64,000 nt of DNA from UHGV virus genome UHGV-1451962; one strand, written 5' to 3'. Of the stretch, positions 52,716-60,747 are shown piece after piece. Numbering within the stretch: the first letter of the stretch is position 1; every line of letters starts with the position of its first letter. The position numbers and the translations under genes were made by a program. The notes under the pieces are model-generated. The model had not been told where the DNA came from and ran no database searches. It saw nothing but the letters and a program-made list of their open reading frames with translations. This DNA comes from a virus.

Positions 52716-53813
52716 TTATTTTGGAATAATTCTTTCAGATAATAATTTTTCAAATATGTCCCTCCCCATATCACTTGGACTAGATTTATAAGGAGTAATC
52801 ATATTTTTATCAAAAATTGCTGTTATCTGAATTAAATTTCCATATTTTCTATTTAAATTAATTAATTTATTCTTTAATCTTTGAAATTCATTATCACCTA
52901 TTTCTTTAAACTGCCTATCAAAAGCAATGATAATTTCCTTTACCCCTAATTTTTCTAATAAATATATTTGGTAGCTTGAAATATTACTACCACAACACGC
53001 TACTGAAATATTATTTTCAAAGCCATAAAAAGTTTGTAATTGAAGAGTGCTTTTTTCAGATTCAAAAATAATTGCGGTCTTACTAGCTTTAATATTTTCT
53101 TTACTATTGTTTAAATTATATAAATTCATACTTAAAGGATGACTATATATAATATTATTAATTTGCAGAGGTCTGTATTTGCCAAATCTCTCTGCATTTT
53201 CTTGAATTAAAGCTCTACCTCTAATTCCAATTAATCTATTGTTTATATCGAAATGCGGAATTGTTATTTGTTCTCCTGCTGGAAAATAACCAATTAAATT
53301 TTTTAAATTAATTTGATGTGAAATTCCTTCTTGCTCCCAATCAAAAATTCTTGGATAAGAAAAATTCTCTAAAATTTTTGGATTATATTCTTTTAAAATT
53401 GGATTTTGTTTTAAAGAAGGTAATGAAAAATCATGTCTCTTAAAAACTACCCATTGTTCAGAATTGTTATTTTGGTTTGGGCGTTCCGCTTCTCCCAAAC
53501 CAAAATAACTAGCAATATAAACCATTGCATCATATAATTCCCATTCATAACCTTTTTGAATTTTCATAGCTTTAATTACTAATTCAAAAACATCAAAAGT
53601 AGAATCACAATCTGTGAAACATTTAAACAAATGAGAATTTTGATAATAGTATAATTTTCTGGAACCTTCACCTGGATAATTATGACAAATAGTCTGCGAA
53701 ATAAGTCCAGTCTCTACATATTCTGGTTCTCCTCCTAGTTCTGCGACTAAATCATAAATATTTTCTAAATCTAGCTGTTCTTTTAGAGAATCTTTATTGT
53801 AATAACCGGCCAT
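52716..53813 (-). CDS. dnaG: DnaG-like primase
   Basis: CHC2-type zinc finger region (..TICHNYPGEGSRKLYYYQNSHLFKCFTDC..) and a TOPRIM-like region (..AIIFESEKST.., ..IIIAFDRQ..). Confidence 0.65.
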   Translation of the reverse strand: MAGYYNKDSLKEQLDLENIYDLVAELGGEPEYVETGLISQTICHNYPGEGSRKLYYYQNSHLFKCFTDCDSTFDVFELVIKAMKIQKGYEWELYDAMVYIASYFGLGEAERPNQNNNSEQWVVFKRHDFSLPSLKQNPILKEYNPKILENFSYPRIFDWEQEGISHQINLKNLIGYFPAGEQITIPHFDINNRLIGIRGRALIQENAERFGKYRPLQINNIIYSHPLSMNLYNLNNSKENIKASKTAIIFESEKSTLQLQTFYGFENNISVACCGSNISSYQIYLLEKLGVKEIIIAFDRQFKEIGDNEFQRLKNKLINLNRKYGNLIQITAIFDKNMITPYKSSPSDMGRDIFEKLLSERIIPK

Positions 53814-53815
53814 AA

Positions 53816-54022
53816 TTAATATGTAATTACATTAACAACTTTACCTCTCAGACCAAATTCATTATTAACAATTTTAGTAACATATTCATAAGGATTCATT
53901 CGCTTCTCTTCCTTATTGCGAGTCTTCAATAAACCCTCAAACATAGAGATAGGCATCTTATAATCAATTTTCTTTTCATTCTTCACCGCGGGCATATGAG
54001 AGTTAGCATAATAAATAGTCAT
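53816..54022 (-). CDS. hypothetical protein (68 aa)
   Basis: SD AAAAGGAGAATATTA-ATG. No motif recognised. Confidence 0.45.
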   Translation of the reverse strand: MTIYYANSHMPAVKNEKKIDYKMPISMFEGLLKTRNKEEKRMNPYEYVTKIVNNEFGLRGKVVNVITY

Positions 54023-54036
54023 TAATATTCTCCTTT

Positions 54037-55566
54037 TTAAAATGCGGAAGGTTCATCTTCCATAATAATTTTTATATCTTCAATAGGAACTAAATCGTAG
54101 TTCCATTTTGTAACAAATTGTGGTTGAATTCTACAAATACCTAAATCAGAAGCACACCATAAATAAACCCCTTTATAAGAACCTCTTCTGTTTTTATAAA
54201 CTGAAATCTTTTTATCAGGAATTTGAAAATTATTTGTAGACAAAATTGGCTTTAATGTTTCTAAATCCTCTTCTGTTACATCCAAAATAATTTCACCTAT
54301 ATCCACCTTATCTGCTAAGCTTTTTGCACCTCTTAGCAAACTTTGGTCAGGAGTATCAGTATTGCGGAAATCACCTGAAAGCTGTGTTGCAGTAATAAGA
54401 AAAATGCCATACTCATTACAAATATCTTTAAGTCTAACGCTTAACATAAAAAGAATATTGTCTTCTCTTAATCTTACTCCACCACTTCGTCTTGTAACTT
54501 CCTCAAGAATCTTCATTGTACTTTGAATGTAGTCGAAACAAACATAAGCTATATCATGTTCTCTGATATTTCTTTTAACAGTATTCTCTACATCCATTAA
54601 AGAATAATCAGGCAATAATTCTACCCAAATAGGTGATTCAGATAAAATCTTTCCTGCTTCAATAACTCGTTCTTCTTCTCCTGCTTTGTATTCACCTCTA
54701 AGAATATGGTCTTCATTTACCGCAGAAAGAAAAGCCAGCATCATAGTTTGAATTTCTTCTTTATCTTGTTCAGTACCAATAAATAAAGTTGGTAAAGAAG
54801 CTCCATTTTTAATCCACATACCAAAATTAGTATCATAAATTTTATTACAAGCAAAATTACAAGCATCTGCAATTAAAGCTCTAGTTTTACCTGCACCAGT
54901 AGCAGCGGATCTAAGATATAATTTTCTAAGTCTTGCACCTCTAGTAACGGTATTAACCAGTCTCCCATAAAGTGGAGCACCAACTTCAGGATTCTTTTTA
55001 AAATTTTCAATTAATTCTAAAATTCCTTCTCCTGCTTGATATCCTCCAATAACATTATTATCAATATATTTGACTTTAATATCATCAATTCGTTTGTCAA
55101 TAATATCAGCTATTTCAATAAGAGAAGTAGAATCCAGCCAGTCTTCTTGCTTTTGTTTCTTTTTTAAATCTAAAATATTATTAGTATCATATAGAAAAGA
55201 AACATCTACTCCAAATTTATCATAAGCTCTTAATAAAGTAAATTTTTTTAATCGACTATAATAATATTTAAAAGTATCTCTAGTGGCTAATTCTGCGGCT
55301 TTAGTTACATACTCTAAACCACCATTTGCTTTAAACACAGCTTCATATTTGGGTCTAACTGCCAAATAATCAACAATAGTATCTAAAGTAATTGCTGATT
55401 TTGCTTCATGTATATTGTACATAGACCCAAAAATAATTTTGTGAACTTCTTCTGTAAAATCTTCTTCAAAAATAGGAAATTCATCAGGTGCATCTAAAAT
55501 TGAATTATCATTAAAAACACAACCAATAACTTGGGCTACTGCCGTTAAATCTATATATTTACTCAT
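54037..55566 (-). CDS. dnaB: DnaB-like replicative helicase
   Basis: N-terminal DnaB-like region (..AVAQVIGCVFNDNSIL..), Walker A AATGAGKT, ..VCFDYIQS.., and a RecA-like C-terminal half. Confidence 0.8.
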   Translation of the reverse strand: MSKYIDLTAVAQVIGCVFNDNSILDAPDEFPIFEEDFTEEVHKIIFGSMYNIHEAKSAITLDTIVDYLAVRPKYEAVFKANGGLEYVTKAAELATRDTFKYYYSRLKKFTLLRAYDKFGVDVSFLYDTNNILDLKKKQKQEDWLDSTSLIEIADIIDKRIDDIKVKYIDNNVIGGYQAGEGILELIENFKKNPEVGAPLYGRLVNTVTRGARLRKLYLRSAATGAGKTRALIADACNFACNKIYDTNFGMWIKNGASLPTLFIGTEQDKEEIQTMMLAFLSAVNEDHILRGEYKAGEEERVIEAGKILSESPIWVELLPDYSLMDVENTVKRNIREHDIAYVCFDYIQSTMKILEEVTRRSGGVRLREDNILFMLSVRLKDICNEYGIFLITATQLSGDFRNTDTPDQSLLRGAKSLADKVDIGEIILDVTEEDLETLKPILSTNNFQIPDKKISVYKNRRGSYKGVYLWCASDLGICRIQPQFVTKWNYDLVPIEDIKIIMEDEPSAF

Positions 55567-56098
55567 TCATATCTTCCTCCAAAAAAGTAAAAAATCTTTT
55601 CCTTTTTCTCATTGGCTCTCTTGTTTTAGGGGGAGTGATATGAATTTCTTCTGTAGGCAGAATAAAATTTTCTATTTCTTTATTTTCATTTCTTTGCTGA
55701 TTTTCCCAAATTGTATAATAATAATTTCTAGCATTTTCATACTGATAAGGGACAATTCCAATTCTGCCTTGAGCCTTTCCTAAATCTCCACCTTTTACTT
55801 CAAAATGATATTTTAAAGTTTTTAAAATACCAGAATAAGTATAATGATTTTCATTTACATAGTCTTTAATTTGTTTATAAACTACTTTAGGAATTATATC
55901 ATAATTAAAAAGTTGTTTAATATATTCTTCTAAAGCAATCCGGTTTTTTTCTTCTTCTGCAATATTTTGACTATATCTTTCATAACATAACTTATGTGCA
56001 TATCTTCTTTTATTAGGAATTGGTATACATTCTTCTTTGTCTCGGTCAAATGTACTTCCGCACACAAAACATTTTACTTTATGTGCAATTTTTATCAC
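55559..56098 (-). CDS. Zn-ribbon protein of unknown function (replication module); start uncertain
   Basis: ..KCFVCGSTF..AHKLCYERY.. The track ATG at 56140 lies upstream of the -10 box of the promoter mapped here. In-frame candidates downstream are a GTG at 56098 or an ATT 9 nt later, after AGGAAGTGA. Confidence 0.45.
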   Translation of the reverse strand: MIKIAHKVKCFVCGSTFDRDKEECIPIPNKRRYAHKLCYERYSQNIAEEEKNRIALEEYIKQLFNYDIIPKVVYKQIKDYVNENHYTYSGILKTLKYHFEVKGGDLGKAQGRIGIVPYQYENARNYYYTIWENQQRNENKEIENFILPTEEIHITPPKTREPMRKRKRFFTFLEEDMNE

Positions 56099-56111
56099 TT
56101 CCTTTTTTAAT

Positions 56112-56140
56112 ATTATAACATATATTTGAACAAAAGTCAA
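56112..56140 (-). promoter_or_regulatory. consensus promoter overlapping the preceding terminator
   Basis: On the - strand: TTGACT (56140-56135), 17 nt, TATAAT (56117-56112). Confidence 0.6.
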
Positions 56141-56162
56141 GAGGATTATCCTCTTGACTTTT
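56132..56162 (-). terminator. intrinsic terminator after the AAA_24-like gene
   Basis: Perfect stem AAGTCAAGAGGA / TCCTCTTGACTT around a 4-nt loop (56134-56160), followed on the - strand by TTGTTC. The stem's 3' arm supplies the -35 box of the next promoter. Confidence 0.6.
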
Positions 56163-56178
56163 GTTATTATTGCTATAA

Positions 56179-57150
56179 TTAATTCATTAAATCTTTCAAA
56201 TCATGTACAATCAAATCCAACTGTTCAGACTGATCAGGAGTACATTCACCGACTTTCTTACCCTTACCCAAATACTTATCAGTAATTGCGGTAATCTTAA
56301 CTGCATTTGTTTGATTGCTAGACATCAACTGTCCAACCAAATCCTGAAACTCATTCATCAAACCATCAAAATCATATTCAGTATCCTTAGAAACAACCTG
56401 TGTAGGTTTATCTGTAATATATTGACCATTTGTTTGCTGAGACTGCTTATCAATAGCTTCAGCAATAGCATTTACTAGATTATCATAACTGAAATTAATA
56501 TAATCAGGAATATAAGCAAATCGACTACCTGCAACAAATCTAGGAGTACCTCTCATATACAAACGAGTTTTAACTCCATCTTCTGTATTCACAGCAGTAG
56601 AATAACCAATAATATCACAAGTTCTTTCACAAATCAAGCGGCCTCTCTTATCAAGAGTAGGAACAATCTGATTAAATTCTGCTCCCGATTCATCCTTAAA
56701 GACTTTATCTGTGGCATGAGAAATAAGGACAAGACCATAATTTAGCTGTAAAATCTTTCTAATAGACTCATCAAATTCATTGCCAACCATTGCATATCCC
56801 TTGCCGTATGCAAGATCAGCAATTGTATCTACACCTTCACGACTACAGATATAACGCTCACAATAACTATAAGCAATATCCGCTGTATCAATTACAATAG
56901 TTGAAAACTTTTCCTGCACTTCAGAATTTTTTAATTCCTGCAAAGTTTTCTTAAACTCACCCCAAGAATTAATGGGCTGGGCGTAAACACCAGGCAATGC
57001 ATTATAACCTTTCTCGAAAGCTAACAAAAGTGAACCTGGGAATCTAGAAGCGACAGTCGTTTTACCACTCTTAGGTGCTCCGTAGAAAAGAACTGAATAT
57101 CCCCGCAGATCTCTCGAAACTTCATGCGGCTTAATATCAAGCAAACCCAT
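56179..57150 (-). CDS. AAA_24 / Sak4-like RecA-fold ATPase
   Basis: Walker A ..LFYGAPKSGKTT.., ..STIVIDTADIAY.., ..LVLISHATDK... The pattern matches the phage Sak4-type recombination ATPase (from memory). Confidence 0.65.
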   Translation of the reverse strand: MGLLDIKPHEVSRDLRGYSVLFYGAPKSGKTTVASRFPGSLLLAFEKGYNALPGVYAQPINSWGEFKKTLQELKNSEVQEKFSTIVIDTADIAYSYCERYICSREGVDTIADLAYGKGYAMVGNEFDESIRKILQLNYGLVLISHATDKVFKDESGAEFNQIVPTLDKRGRLICERTCDIIGYSTAVNTEDGVKTRLYMRGTPRFVAGSRFAYIPDYINFSYDNLVNAIAEAIDKQSQQTNGQYITDKPTQVVSKDTEYDFDGLMNEFQDLVGQLMSSNQTNAVKITAITDKYLGKGKKVGECTPDQSEQLDLIVHDLKDLMN

Positions 57151-57232
57151 AAAACAATCTCCTTTTTAAATAAAATAATTTTAAAGAAAAATATGAATGA
57201 GCTTTTTAAAGCTCATTCATATAAAATTTTAA

Positions 57233-58189
57233 TTAAAAATCATAATCATTCTTACTAGAATTAACTGTAACTCCAGTTCCGCCACTAATAGCATTATTAT
57301 TTGCTTTATTCTGATAATCAAGCTGATTCTTCTTAATAGTTGCAAGAGCAATCTCTCGTGCTGCAACATAATCCTGAAGCTCAGAAGCAAGAATAGTATC
57401 TTCACTATCCCATTCATAAGGAGTTTGCTGCGCCCAATTAACTACATAATCCTTATAAGACTGAGGGGTTTCTCTTACAATTGCTTCGCCAAAAGCAGAC
57501 TCTTCCTCAATCTTCTTTACCACAGTCTGAGAAATAATCTTACCCTGAATACGAGTAAAAACTGGATTCTTAGGACTTGCTTCCAGTCCCTCAAAATAAT
57601 CCATCGCCGCAGGATTTACAGCAGTAAATTCAACAGGAAGCAATGCCTTACGGAAATCAAAAACTGCGCCCTTAATAACAACACGCTCAGGCTTACCTCT
57701 CTCATCATCTGCCTCATAATGCACACAATTATTAATCACAATATCTTCATTGAAGGTTGCACTCTTAGATTCATCAATTCCCTCTTCGGGACAAACCTCA
57801 AGATGAATAAAACCACCTTCAAGACGTCGATTACTTACCAGCTTTTCCATATCATTCTTATCATAAAATTCATTCAAAGCAATAGCAGTATCAATTCTTA
57901 CATACGCTGCATTGTCCTTGCCATTATCCATGACATTACCCAGATCATTATTCAAAATTCGCTCAAGAATATTATAAGTATCATTAGTACCACGAGCAGT
58001 AACCGCAGTCACATATCTAAAATGAACAGTAACAACATTCAAACACTTATTATCTGTTGCAATATTAACGTCACCGCGAATATACTCAGTACCAGGATTC
58101 TTAGAAGCACTGCCAGAAACCTTCTTTTCAAGCTTGTGACTATGAACAAAACCATTCAAATGTACTGCATTAATAAACTTCTTACTCAT
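57233..58189 (-). CDS. putative single-stranded DNA-binding protein
   Basis: 318 aa next to the Sak4-like gene, with GC-enriched codon usage suggesting an abundant protein. The C-terminal tail ..SSKNDYDF ends acidic then Phe, as in SSB and T7 gp2.5-type tails. Confidence 0.4.
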   Translation of the reverse strand: MSKKFINAVHLNGFVHSHKLEKKVSGSASKNPGTEYIRGDVNIATDNKCLNVVTVHFRYVTAVTARGTNDTYNILERILNNDLGNVMDNGKDNAAYVRIDTAIALNEFYDKNDMEKLVSNRRLEGGFIHLEVCPEEGIDESKSATFNEDIVINNCVHYEADDERGKPERVVIKGAVFDFRKALLPVEFTAVNPAAMDYFEGLEASPKNPVFTRIQGKIISQTVVKKIEEESAFGEAIVRETPQSYKDYVVNWAQQTPYEWDSEDTILASELQDYVAAREIALATIKKNQLDYQNKANNNAISGGTGVTVNSSKNDYDF

Positions 58190-58281
58190 TATTTTCTCCT
58201 TTTGATTTAATTATTTTTTATTGCCACTTCTGAAAAGAGGCTTTTCTTTTTATTTTCTATAAATATTGTATAATATTTTTT

Positions 58282-58941
58282 TTAATTTTTCAATTTACCG
58301 CAAGAATGCTTCTCGGTACATTTGCCGAAATATTGACATTTAGGAATAAATAAGTGATCTACCAAATATTTCCATTCTTCTGAGTAAATAGCAAGTGCTT
58401 TTTTTATATCCTGCATAACATTTTGATATTCCCAATAAGCACGTTTACACATTCTTTGATGGGACATATCAACTAAATTCCGCAAATTAGTTCTTACTAC
58501 TACTTTTGTTTCCATACCAAGAGGAAGTAAAAGACTAGCATCTTCAATTGGCATCCCCATATCAACTAATACTTTATAATTCTGAGCAATCGACTGCATA
58601 CTTTCTTCATATTTTTGTTTCATTTCTTTAGAAGTAAAAGAAGGAGAAACAAAAGAAAAAGAATCATAGTTGATATAGCGAGTTGATGCCTGTAGTCGTG
58701 TGGGGCCACCTGAAATATGAGTATAAAATTCTCTTAAAGTTTTTGCGCTATATCCTTCAAGGATCATATAAACTTGTGGAAATTCCATAACTCTTCCATG
58801 CCCAGATTCAATACATTCTTTAGCTCTTTTGATATTATTATATTTATTTGTGATTTTTGCGTTCCAACATACTCCAGCTTCAACGCCGATAAGATGAAGA
58901 GGATTCTTAGTAGTTGCAGATTGGATAATAACTTTGCCCAA
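58282..58941 (-). CDS. thyX: ThyX-like (flavin-dependent thymidylate synthase fold) protein with non-canonical substrate motif
   Basis: TTG start after AAAGAGGTG. ..SGHGRVMEFPQ.., ..REFYTHISGGPTRLQASTRY.. and ..EDASLLLPLGMETKVVVRTNLRNLVDMSHQRMCKRAYWEYQ.. align to my recollection of ThyX blocks, but the RHR triad reads THI. Confidence 0.55.
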   Translation of the reverse strand: MGKVIIQSATTKNPLHLIGVEAGVCWNAKITNKYNNIKRAKECIESGHGRVMEFPQVYMILEGYSAKTLREFYTHISGGPTRLQASTRYINYDSFSFVSPSFTSKEMKQKYEESMQSIAQNYKVLVDMGMPIEDASLLLPLGMETKVVVRTNLRNLVDMSHQRMCKRAYWEYQNVMQDIKKALAIYSEEWKYLVDHLFIPKCQYFGKCTEKHSCGKLKN

Positions 58942-58960
58942 TTTTATTACACCTCTTTAA

Positions 58961-58992
58961 GAGAAATAAAAGGAGGACAAAAGCCCTCCTTT
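58961..58992 (-). terminator. intrinsic terminator after the 88-aa gene
   Basis: On the + strand, AAAGGAGG (58969-58976) pairs with CCTCCTTT (58985-58992). On the - strand the hairpin is followed by TTTATTTCTC. Confidence 0.6.
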
Positions 58993-59003
58993 TACATTAA
59001 TTA

Positions 59004-59270
59004 TCAATCATCAATATCGTCAGGGGTAAAGTTCATACCTTCCTCGGTCAACTGAAGCAGTTTAATAGCCTTATGAGTACCATCAGGTAGCTCAACCTCA
59101 GCGGGAACACGAATGCCATAACCCTTACGCTGAATAGCGGAAGTAAAAATACCATCGACCTGACGCTTCTCCAAACCTAGTGCGCCAGCCACATCAGCAC
59201 TTGTCATATCAGTACCAGCGTTATTCTTCAAATACTCAAAAACCTTCTTAGAATTGTCGGACATTGCCAT
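59004..59270 (-). CDS. small winged-helix-like DNA-binding protein (88 aa), probably abundant
   Basis: ..DMTSADVAGALGLEKRQVDGIFTSAIQRKGYG.. looks HTH-like. It has GC-enriched codons, its own consensus promoter and its own terminator. Confidence 0.4.
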   Translation of the reverse strand: MAMSDNSKKVFEYLKNNAGTDMTSADVAGALGLEKRQVDGIFTSAIQRKGYGIRVPAEVELPDGTHKAIKLLQLTEEGMNFTPDDIDD

Positions 59271-59367
59271 AATTAATTATCTCCTTTTATTTAAATATTT
59301 TTTTTAATTTATATAATAATCTATGAGTATTATTTCTTTCATAGTTATTAACTTAATTTATGTATAT

Positions 59368-59396
59368 ATTATATCAAAAAAATTTTAATTTTTCAA
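59368..59396 (-). promoter_or_regulatory. promoter with extended -10
   Basis: On the - strand: TTGAAA (59396-59391), a 17-nt spacer ending in TGA, then TATAAT (59373-59368). Confidence 0.6.
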
Positions 59397-59594
59397 ATTC
59401 TTTTGAATAATTTCATCAATTTCTGCCATAACTTCAAAGCCTTGACCATGCGGCAACCGCATAATCATTTCTGTTAATTGCATAATACGCTTTTCAGCCT
59501 TAGCAATTTGATCTTGACTACTGTCTCCATCATTATGGATTTTTTCTAATGCAGTCATTTCAGATGCAATTTTTTTAATTTGTTTTTTTGTCAT
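59385..59594 (-). CDS. hypothetical helical protein (69 aa)
   Basis: SD AAGGAAAAAATA-ATG. No motif recognised. Confidence 0.45.
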   Translation of the reverse strand: MTKKQIKKIASEMTALEKIHNDGDSSQDQIAKAEKRIMQLTEMIMRLPHGQGFEVMAEIDEIIQKNLKN

Positions 59595-59649
59595 TATTTT
59601 TTCCTTAACCTTTATTGTATTTATATTATATTATATTTTTTTAAAAAAA

Positions 59650-60747
59650 TCAAGAAAAAATTTCTTCTATTAAACAATCTTTTGCTGGTTTATCTTCTCT
59701 GATTTTAATAAAATGAGGATGCCGCAGAGTGTGTTCATTTTTATCAATTTGCATACAATCAATACTGACAACATGATTTAAAAATTCTTCTGGATTTTTA
59801 AGAATTAGATTTTTATCTTCATCTGTTAAGCCAGAAGAAACTGTTCCAATTTTAACTAATTTTCCTGTATTGTCATAGGCTCCTACCTCTAGTGCAGTTT
59901 TCCAACCAAAAAAATAAGGTTTAGTAATAGGAGTATAGTTGTCTTTATCTTTAATCCAGTTTATATAATAACGTCCTTCTTGCAAACCATCAGGAGTTTC
60001 CCAATACTCCCATGTCTCTAAATCTTTTCCTGTATATTTTTTGGTAGCAGGACAAAAACCAATACAGACTAAATCCACACTATCTGTACGTTTAATTTTA
60101 ATAGTAGACCAAGCAGGACGTTTATCAGGATAATACGGCAAATTTTTCTTTTTTAAAACAAGTCCTTCTCCGCCCACTTTTAAAATAATATCAAGACGTT
60201 CTTGAATTTTTGTATCAAAAGCAAAAGCCAATTTAAGAAAATTAAACTGACCTAAATAATGTTTATCCCAAATTGCTTTTAAAATTTTATACCTATCCCA
60301 AGCAGGACAATTAACTAAATTACATCCATCATATTGAATAATATCATGGATATAATAATGAATAAGGTTATTCTTTTGTCTTTTGATTGCGGTAGCTGGT
60401 AAACACCCCATAATAGTTGTTACTTCTTTTGAAGTTTTTCCTGGATAAAAAATTTCTCCAATTAAAGTAGTGTTAGGAGGAAGACAACTATCTAAAGCCT
60501 TCATAATATGAGGTACATTTTCACCCTTTTCAGAATAATATCCAGTTGTTTTAGAAATATTTCTACTAAAAAGATAGGAATAATGTTCTGTTTTTTCATA
60601 CTGATACCAATAACCATCAATTTTTTCTTCAGCAAAATACTCTTTAGAATTTAAAATTTCTGGAAGTTTATATGCTTCCATATCAGAAGGAATTTTCCAG
60701 ATTTTCATTGGCGGAATCATTTTAGCTTCTGGATACAATAATATCAC
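59650..60747 (-). CDS. ATP-dependent DNA ligase
   Basis: Adenylation motif I ..AEEKIDGYW.., ..LIGEIFY.., ..GEGLVLKK.. and ..WSTIKIKR... The start overlaps the upstream gene by 4 nt. Confidence 0.85.
   Translation of the reverse strand: MILLYPEAKMIPPMKIWKIPSDMEAYKLPEILNSKEYFAEEKIDGYWYQYEKTEHYSYLFSRNISKTTGYYSEKGENVPHIMKALDSCLPPNTTLIGEIFYPGKTSKEVTTIMGCLPATAIKRQKNNLIHYYIHDIIQYDGCNLVNCPAWDRYKILKAIWDKHYLGQFNFLKLAFAFDTKIQERLDIILKVGGEGLVLKKKNLPYYPDKRPAWSTIKIKRTDSVDLVCIGFCPATKKYTGKDLETWEYWETPDGLQEGRYYINWIKDKDNYTPITKPYFFGWKTALEVGAYDNTGKLVKIGTVSSGLTDEDKNLILKNPEEFLNHVVSIDCMQIDKNEHTLRHPHFIKIREDKPAKDCLIEEIFS

Noticed and set aside
57229-58210. 261-aa + strand ORF 57425..58210 and 62-aa ORF 57229..57417 opposite or overlapping the SSB-like gene
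   Set aside because: The long ORF is antisense to a gene with a good SD, codon bias and an SSB-type tail. Its translation is I/L/N/S-rich with no start signals, a typical shadow ORF.
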